Source: Collodictyon triciliatum
Taxonomy: Eukaryota
NCBI GenBank assembly: GCA_043381765.1
Contig: JBHJMP010000874.1
Location: 1-36,985, forward strand
Reading direction: 5' to 3'
Length of the DNA stretch: 36,985 nt
A program made the position numbers and the translations under genes. The notes under the pieces are model-generated. The model searched no databases. It was not told the origin of the DNA and saw only the letters and a program-made list of their open reading frames with translations. Positions 27,891 through 36,985 of this stretch are shown here, in pieces; positions within the stretch are counted from its first letter, which is position 1; each line of letters opens with the position of its first letter.

Positions 27891-30800
27891 TTATCTACAC
27901 AGTATTACTTTACCTCTGTCTTGCTCCATGACTTCTGGAGATACGCCGATCTCGACTATTTTAGGGTACTCATGAGTCCTTTGTGGATCTAATGTTTTTG
28001 GTTTATCTGTTCCGGCATCGAACCCAACCCCGCTTATTCCTTGAACTAAATAGAAAGATTCCTTCGAATCTGATTTGGCTATACTCTGTAATACTTCCAC
28101 GGAAAACTGACATCCAGATAGCGCCTCTGACTGGATGAGAAAATGAGCATCAACCGAGCCCTCCAAGCAAAGTTCTCCAATCAAGTGCAAGGCGACACTA
28201 GATCCGTTTCTGAAAGATTCCTCTAGAACCTGGTAAACATCTGTAGATCTAAAGTGAATCATCTCTTTCATATAGACCAGAGATCTTTCATGTCCTTTTA
28301 TTGACAAATCCTTCAGTATATCGAATGCGATAATAGACCCTTTTCTGGCAGCATCTCTTAATATTTCGGCTCCATCATCCAGTCTATCTTCAAATATATT
28401 TCTGTGTACGCCCACGACGCCTTTGGTCCATATTTGAACAAACTCCTTCATCACTTGGAATGCATGAGGCGAATCCCTGTGAATGTTTTCTTTTAAAATC
28501 ACCATGGATTTCTTGTAAATGTTAATAACTCTCTCACTCAAAATACGGTTCATTTTCTCAATAGAGTCCATCTCCATATCCTGAGAAAGAGCCATCGGGT
28601 GAACTTTTGCTCTGGTTTTTTCATAAAAATTAACATCAAGCTTACGTTTGCTATCTTTAGGGGTTATTATTTCATCAAATGTCCAATATTCCTCAAAAAA
28701 ATTATTTTCAATCTCCTTTAAAACACTGAATATGTATTCAGGATGTATTTCAGCGCTATTGACCAGAACAATCCAAGCTGTTTCATAATCCTGCTCGGCC
28801 ATATCTCTTAATATGCTAAATACATATCCAGGTTTTGTTTCCATAATTTCTACTAAAATCTTCCAAGCTTTTTCAATATTATCTTCCGCCATTTCTTTTA
28901 ATACCCGAAAAGAATATTCTGGTTTCTCTTCGATGGTATTTATGAGAACAGTCCAAGCCCTTTCGCAACCCTGCTCGGCCATATCTTTTAATATGCTAAA
29001 TACATATCCAGGTTTTGTTTCCATATTTTCGATCAAAAATTCCCAAGCTCTTTCATTATAATTTTCTACCAATTTTTTCAAATAACTAAATCCTTCTCCT
29101 GGTTGTGTTTCGATTTTGTCCGCCAAAATTGTCCAAGCCTCTTCACTATAATTTCTGGTCATATCCTCTAATGATTTAAACAAGTCTTCTAGAGTATTCC
29201 CCATAATTTCTATTAAAATAGTCCAAGTTATTTTGTGATCTTCTTTCGAATCATCTATAACTCCTGATTCAGATGATACTGTTTTATCAATGCTATCTGA
29301 TAAAATTTTCCATGCTTTTTTAGAATCCACTAAAATCATTTCTTTCAGTAAGGAAACTGCATAGTGATTGCTATCTCTTGTGCCCTCGCTTAAAATAGAC
29401 CATGCACCGTTCGAATCGTTCAGAAGCATCTCTCTTAGCAAGAGATAAAAATCCGTTGATCCGTTTTCGAATAAATCCTTAATAATATCCTTAGATAATC
29501 TGGAGTCGTGCTTTGCATCTGCTTTGAGAAATTCTCGGGCCTTGTTTTCGGGATGTTGCATCAAGTCTCTCATTATTATTCTTGCATCTATAAATTCATT
29601 AAAGTGAAGGACCTTTAGGGCGTAAAATGCATCCAAAGACCCTTCTTGAATAAGTTTTTGTAACACGATGGCGCCGTTACTTATTCCTTGTTCAACTGTA
29701 TCTTTTATCACTTGCAATGAATCCTTACATCCATTCATTGCCATTTCTTGGAATAATGATATTGATTTTTCCGACCCACTCATAGCGCTTTTTTTTAATA
29801 AATGGATAACAGTTGCATTTCTCTGCATAAGCAACTCTCTAATTAAATCGAAAACTTCGATAGAATCTTCAAAAAAACTATGCATCAGCACACATATTGC
29901 ATTTCTATATCCTCCTTTCGCCATGTTTTTCAAAATTGTATAGGCCTCTATTGAATTATCGTTAGCCAAACTTGTTAATGCTTTGAGGTGATCATCACAA
30001 CCTTCCCTAGATTTGGTAGCTAAAAATTCTATGAAAATCGTATTTTCATCGCTGATTAATTTCATATCTGTTAATTCTTTTACTATTCGGTACCTCTTGA
30101 TTGCCTCTTCTTTGTCTTGGTCTTCTGTCAATCCGTTTTCGTAACATTCTTCAACAGTCGACATCGCCTCACTCTTTTCTTCAGGGCCTAAGTTTGATTG
30201 GTCGTATTTTTTCTCAATAGAAACACTTTCCTGGTCTGAATTAGCTATGGGCATCAATTGAGAAAAACCACTCTCTGAACTTTCTTTTCTCAAAGATTTT
30301 GTCTGATCAAAAGACTGTGAGCTTCGTGGGCGTGAAGCTTTGTATGTTTTTGACTTCAGCTGTACTTTGGATGGATTCACTCTGTCATAATTTGTTGATA
30401 ATTGAGAATTTGTATAATTCATCGGAAATTTTTTTAAAATTGCGACTGCTTCCAAATGTCTTGGTATAAATCTGACTAAATTTCTTCCACCACTTCTCGA
30501 AAAAAAATTAATATTAATATCTGCTAGTTTCCTTAGCGAATCAAATGCATTGAGAGAACCATTTTCCAATAACATGCCGAGCCTTGTGAAATTTTCGGAT
30601 TTTTCATACCACTCGCACGCAACTTTCTCATTGTTTTCAACCGCCCATCCCCTCTCGTAACATTCCCCAAGGATATAACAAACCCTTTGATTAATATTTT
30701 TTCTTTTGAATTCCATTGAACTACATTTGAGGAGCAATCCGAAGGCAAATTTGTTTCCATTTTTTACACTTGAAGCAATATTTCTCAAGCTTTCATCAAA

Positions 30801-33800
30801 ATATTCCTGAAGAAACTCCAAGATAGTGTATTCATCTTCAACCGATATTAAATATTCCATTGATTTTTCTATATTCTTTTTCAGTAGTAAACGATCTTTA
30901 AAATAATTATTTATCATTTTTACGGCCTCGATGCGGGCAAGATTTACGCCGAATTTTTTCTTTGAGATAGCGAGCAATATTTCGAAAGCTTCCTTTACTT
31001 GATTGTGTGCGTGAGAATTCAATTTTTCATAACTACTAGATTCATAGTTCATCACCAGAGATTTTCTAATATCTTTATCCACGCCCCATCCATTTTCATA
31101 GCATTCTGCAATTCCATCAGAGATATAAGGACATACATTTTCTTGATTTAACTTTGAATTCTGATAAAGTTCAAGCAGACAATCAAAAGCGTCGTGTGAA
31201 CCTTTTTTTGCCATCGTTTTCAGTACCTGAACGTCCTCTCTAGTTTTGGCTTCTGATATATATTTCCAGAACTCGTATTGTTCTTTATCCTTTTCTACGC
31301 TCCATCCATCGAGATAACATCGTGCGATTAATTGTGCCAATTCAGGATATTTTTGGTAATTTCCTTCTTTTACTGTAGATAATCTTAACAAGTGCAAAAA
31401 TGCAAACCGAAAATTTTTTTTCACCATTTCCGTCAAAAAACGCACTCTACTTTCAGTTTTGTCTTCATATGTTTCTCTCTCCTGTTCTTTTTCTTCCTCT
31501 TTCAAAATCTGTAAGAAATCTGAAACGGTATCGTAGGTCTGAGACATTTCGATATCTTTGGACACACTCCATCCTTCCTTATAACAATCCGACAATATTT
31601 TAACCAAATCAAGGAAAAAATCGTTATCGATCGGCAAAGTTTCTGATAGTTGCTCCATGTATTCAAAGTGAATTCTACTGCCCATCATGGCATTTTTTTT
31701 GAGAGTGCTTAGTACTTCTTTTGGATATTTTTGATATAATTTCCATAAGAGAACAAAATTTTGCCCCTTGCAATAGAAGTTGGTAGCTGATTCTGGATTC
31801 TGTTGGCAAATCCACCCGTTTTCGAAGCACTCTCCAAGAGTAGATAACACACCTGACTCCACAAAAGATATTTTTCCCTGTTCGCGGTGTTTTCCTTGCA
31901 AATCCTCGTTGATTGAAGTTAAAAGCTCATAAGCATACCTATTTTTTCTCTTTATCAGTCTTTTTAGATCTGAAAAGCTACTCGCTTTGAGATACAGGTA
32001 AGCAGCTCTTTCTGGTTGCAGCTTGACAATCCTTCCCTTTTCAAACCATGAAGCAATTACTGAGAGGGCATCTCTTAACTTTTTCCTTTTTTTTTGTCCG
32101 TAGATATCAAGTGATAGCTGCAAAAGTTCCTTATTTTCTACTATCTCGATCAATTTTTTGAATGCGCTCTCTGAACCCCCTCGACTTAATCTTAGCAATG
32201 ATATCACATCAAGGCCCTTGAAATAGTATAACTCGGCTGTCTCTTGAGAAGATTTGACACCTATTCCGCTTTCATATAATTTGCCAATCTCAGCTGATGC
32301 CTCTGGGAACTTCAAGCTATCCTTTTCGTCGAGTGATTCAGAGTAATTGTACAAAACATCATAAGCTCTAGGTACTTTATACTCTGCTAGTCGCCTTATC
32401 CCTTTAAAATCAAGTACTTTTTGATAACACTTTAAGGCTTCAAAATAATCTTGTTCTACCACCCAGCCATTCTCATAGATTTTTCCTAAAATGGACAGAG
32501 CTTCAGGGTATAAATAATCTGTCTCGTTATATATTATTTGACCCATTTCCAAAACCAACTCATATGCATTCCTTGATTTCTTCATAGCCATATGTTCTAT
32601 AATCTTATAGTTATCTGGGTGCTTCTTCAACTGTAAAAGTTCTAGTTTTGATAATAATCTCTCCTCTTCGTTTTTTTCGAAATCCTCTGCAAGAAGAACA
32701 GCACCTAAATATCTTAGTCTTCCGAATTCGTCTTCTTCTGTCTTGATTCTTTTTAATGACTCTGTGGCCTCCTTTGAATTAACTTGCACTAACCTTTGTA
32801 ATTCTTCAATATCCTTGTTTTCTTCATATAATTTTGTCGCCTTTTTTAAATCTCTCTTCACCGTCCACCCCTTTTCGTAGCATCGGGCGATGCAACAGAC
32901 CGCATTTTGGTATTTAATTTTATCGTTCTCTGTGATAATTGATAAATCTTTGAGGGCGTAGAATGCTAAAGGCAGAACTCTGGCATGTTTTTGCAACTCT
33001 TTGTAATTTTTTGACCTTGCTAGCCAAATTATTGTGTTGTTTAAATCTCTTGTGGTTCCTAATCCATATTCATAGCATTTACTCATACAATAAGCCTGAC
33101 AATCAGTTACTTCATGGGTTCTGCAGAACTTTACAAATTCTGATGTGTATGAAACAGCGCCAATCTCAAACAAAATGGTCTTATTTATCAAACTCAATTC
33201 ACGGCACTCTGTTATATCTATAAAACCCCCTACTATTGTTTCTCTTTCGAAGGTATCCTGACTAATATCATCTTCAATATCACATGAATTTTCCAAATAA
33301 CCAATTTTCTCTTGAGACTGCCCAAAAAATCCTAAATTCATATGGGCACAATACTTTTGATTCAAATATCTATCTTCCAAAAAACTAGATATGCTGTGTA
33401 ATTTTGTGGATATTTCTGCCATTTTTTCCAAGTTCCATAATTTCTCGTCTCGGTCACCCTTAAGAATTAATATTGGTTCGAGTTCAGAGTTTAATTTAAT
33501 GTAAGCATGAGTTATTGGGCTTTTCTTCTTTTTTAATTCGTAAGAATCATTCGGCTCGAATATCGTATTTTTCATGTTGCATCCCTTAAACTTGCAATTT
33601 CCAAGGTACGATTTTGAAAATATAACCCCTTGTAGATCAGAGCCGCTAAAGTCGGCACCATTTATTAAAGATTTGCTCAAGTTGGCGTTTGGTATGCTGA
33701 CTCCAGACAGATTCATATTACTGAATCCTACATTCATAAAATTCAACATAGTAATGGCCTTGGAAGCCGAATCAGCCTTTTTTTCGTCTTCTCTTGATGA

Positions 33801-35820
33801 GAAAAGTATTTTAAAAAGATAGGCGATTATTTTCTGCCGATTCCATATAGAATTCATGTCAAATGAGGAATAGTTGTCTTTTACGAACTGTAACACCTCG
33901 GTTAATTCAGAGGGCTCTTTTTTTACCCCAGAATATTCGAATAAATCACAGAGATATGTGCATGAATTCAATGTATAAATACTGCTCCATTTTTTCTTTG
34001 CATTCATCGTTAATCTCATTTTATCCCATATTTTCATGCACATATTATGTTCTTTCTTTTCTAGTAATTTGTTATGAACTTTAACAATAAATTTCCAAGA
34101 GTCCGTGCTACCTCCTGATAGTAAATCGATGTGCAGAAAAGCAGAGGCTTTGTATAATTCCAAAGCAACAGAAGTCAGGGATTCAGCGTCCATAAATACT
34201 GCGATAGCCTCAACTTGTGTAGGATTTTTGAGTGATGCGTTTGTTTGGGTTTCGATCCTTATTTTATGGGCCTCTTGAAAAAATGGTATGGATTCTTGAT
34301 ACCTAATTGCAAAATGGAAAATCATAATTTAAAAACGCTCTAATAATGTCTCATTTTAATAAAAAAAAATATATTTTTTTTATCATTTTCAATCGGTTTC
34401 AATTACCTTTTTATCTCAAAAAGTGTTCGACCAACACTTTCATAAGATTTAGCAATATCGGGATGATCTGGATTCATATTCTTTAATCTTAAATCCATCG
34501 CCTTCTTGTAGTTCTCGAGAGCATCATCAAACCTCAATTATTAGAATTTTAACAATTTTCAAATCTTTTTGAAATATTCCTTATTTAGATTTTTATGATA
34601 TTGAATTATTATGCATATTAATAATAATTCAAAATCAAGTCTTTTTCATTTTTAATGATAACTGACTACTGCAAATATACTTATATGTAAATTAAGTATT
34701 ACTTTTCTTCATCAAAGTATGCGTCTGCTAAGGCCTCATACATAGGGACCGATTCAAACTCTGCCGTTTTTTTAGTCTCTGATTGCATTGATATCGACTT
34801 CAGCATATATTTGACACTCTCTTGTTTGCTATTTACAATATTAAAAATAAATTGCATAGATCACGAATATTTATATAAAGAAACGGCAGCCATGCAACAA
34901 ACCTTCAAACTTTGAATCTAATAAAGGGAAAAATACAACAAACCTTCCTAATCGATTCTGAACTTCTGCAATCTTCTTGTTTATTTCAACCATCAACTTG
35001 TGGCTTTTTCCAACTATTTTACCCAAAAAATCTTCTGACTGTTCATAGGCATCCATCAAATGGCTCAGGCTGCAAGAATTATGGTTAGTTGACATAGAAA
35101 AAAATTATTAATTTAAAATATTACAAATTTTCATCCCAAAATATTGTGATTAATTTTTCGTGAGACATCGCAGCAAAATCCTCTTGTAGAAACAGGTAAA
35201 TTGTTATCGCAATTGTAACATCTAGATTCATTTAAAAATTAATGACCAAACCATCATAAAAAGTAATGGACACTTGAAAAAATTATTCTGTCTCACCTCT
35301 GAAATTTCCTTCTTTAAATTTAATCAGATTTTGTTGTGAAATTGGTGCTATTCTGCCAGATATCCAATTTAAGAGGATGGATTGATTTTTTTTAATATGA
35401 GATGGCTCCTCTAAGGATGCATACCTGTGATTATATGTTAATAATTAAATTTATGAGATTCCTAAACTATGAAAATAAATATTTATTTATTAGAACTTTC
35501 TTGAGCATACATCGTTGGGCGTGCTCTCATTTTTTTCGGAGGATTTTTCAGCTGCAGTAATTCTATTAGCATTTGAAGAATGCATCCGTCATATAAACCG
35601 GTTTCATAATTCGAAAGTATGACACCCAGACACCCGATACGGAAATTAATCCACCTTGTGAATACCTAACATTTATGCCAAAACGAAGGAAATAAATAAT
35701 CCTGATTTTCTATAGAGATCACATTTTCGTGTGCTTAAGTCAATTAATTTGGCATATCACCACCTGATGCAATTCAAAATTCTTCTTTGAGTATCTCTCC
35801 TCAAATCTGTTTTGCGACAT
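27891..35820 (-). CDS. About 2394-aa mosaic repeat protein: degenerate CH segments, 42-aa TPRs, pentapeptide repeats, Sel1-like repeats and 15/30-aa helical repeats
   Basis: Eight exons with GT-AG boundaries and consistent phases: 35820-35764, 35665-35511, 35424-35297, 35221-35167, 35069-34944, 34828-34703, 34532-34407, 34302-27891 (7185 nt in total). Motifs: VFTRWINFRI...GLYDGCILQMLIELL (CH); FDDALENYKKAMDLRLKNMNPDHPDIAKSY (TPR); NLSGVSIPNANLSKSLINGADFSGSDLQG (pentapeptide); LGECYERGWAVENNEKVACEWY (Sel1). Confidence 0.85.
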
Positions 35821-36420
35821 ATTTGGTCTCTCTTAGGTACTTGACCCAATGTAGAGTATGGTAGTTTTATTATCTTCTCCTTTATCAAACCCTTAAGAGA
35901 TTATAACTCCTAGTGACATAGTATTTGGCGTGGTATATTAATAATTTACTTCCAATTTTTTACATCTGAAATATTAAATGTGTGTATGTAGACTAAGGCT
36001 TTACTGCCTTACTCAATCTAAGCCCTCTCATCTTTGAATATATAAAGAAGATATTCAGTGTATTTTTTGGATAATCTTGTTAAATATGATAACCAAACCA
36101 AAACTCTTGTCAAGTATATTTTTTGTTACCTAATTGGTAATGCTGTAGTTGATTCTCTTTTCTGACAGATCTCTCCAGTCAGTGATAATTATTCAGGCTT
36201 TTTAATAATGAATTATGATTTATATTATTATATATCAATGATCCTATGAGCACTAACAGATTATTCATAGGGTTGTAATGAGAAAAAGTTATGATTAAAT
36301 CATTATAGAAGGAAGAAGGAGGGAAAATCTTATTTTAGCAGAGGGAAACGTTTATTCGATCACGTTGTCACAGAATATTAGAAGGGGTTTAGTTTAGTGT
36401 ATGAATATATGGTCGAGAGG

Positions 36421-36575
36421 TTTGTGTCTTTTGTGTCTTTTGTGTCTTTTGTGTCTTTTGTGTCTTTTGTGTCTTTTGTGTCTTTTGTGTCTTTTGTGTC
36501 TTTTGTGTCTTTTGTGTCTTTTGTGCCTTTTGTGCCTTTTGTGTCTTTTGTGTCTTTTGTGTCTTTTGTGTCTTT
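36421..36575. repeat. 9-bp minisatellite (TTTTGTGTC)n, about 17 copies
   Basis: Direct reading. Confidence 0.95.
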
Positions 36576-36985
36576 TTATGCGGTATTAGGGGACATTGAT
36601 TGTTTTGGTGGCTGATTGACTTTTAAAATATATATGTATAAAACAAATAAGTAATGATGCGAGCAGAAAGGCAGGAATGTGATCTGGCCATATGAAAAGC
36701 GCCAGGCCTTTAGTATCCTGTGCGCAATAAGGAGCGCTATGGCACGATCAAAGCCGAGAATGGTGCGGCAGAATAAGGAGCGGCATTTTGACAAGCTGTG
36801 AGCCTTAAATCTGATTGCTTGGTTCAGCGTATTGACTATTCTGGAATTTACAAATCCGGAATTTATAATTTAGCCCATTTTTTAATCTAGCACAGGCTCA
36901 TCCGCACGATCGCCGGCACTGATGGATATGAGGAAGAAGGTGGGGACGAGAAAAAAAACGAGGCGTCATGGAGGAAAGAAAAAAA

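Noticed and set aside
36421-36575. Tandem arrays (here and at 2105-2212) as CRISPR or telomeric repeats
   Set aside because: No spacers or cas genes, a eukaryotic context, and internal location without G-rich telomere-type units.
35830-36985. Possible gene at the right end
   Set aside because: No recognisable motif or consistent exon chain; treated as intergenic or promoter sequence.

Overview
Eukaryotic nuclear DNA: AT-rich, dense in GT-AG introns, full of microsatellites, with two N gaps. The standard genetic code fits every gene model I could splice by hand. Gene content and style suggest a protist, plausibly an amoebozoan, but that is inference only. Hand-spliced genes in order: (1) a 5'-truncated SPRY-domain protein with about 8 IQ motifs (+); (2) augmin subunit HAUS2 (-); (3) a receptor-like protein with a large Cys-rich ectodomain and a THH1/TOM1-type 7TM domain (+, 5' end unresolved near the gap); (4) an NHL-repeat beta-propeller protein (+); (5) a single-exon, GC-rich bHLH factor with Q34 (-); (6) a doubtful small ORF (+); (7) Ku80 with an intact C-terminal DNA-PKcs-binding motif (-); (8) mitochondrial ribosomal protein uL24m (-); (9) a PTGR/alkenal-reductase-type NADP oxidoreductase ending in SKL (-); (10) a roughly 2394-aa mosaic protein (-). 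Gene 10 is the most unusual element. It joins degenerate calponin-homology segments, three symmetric 126-nt TPR exons, and one 6.4-kb exon carrying a pentapeptide module of the kind seen in NACHT-WD40 proteins, widely spaced Sel1-like repeats and 15/30-aa helical repeats. Exon boundaries are my manual inferences and are not backed by transcripts.
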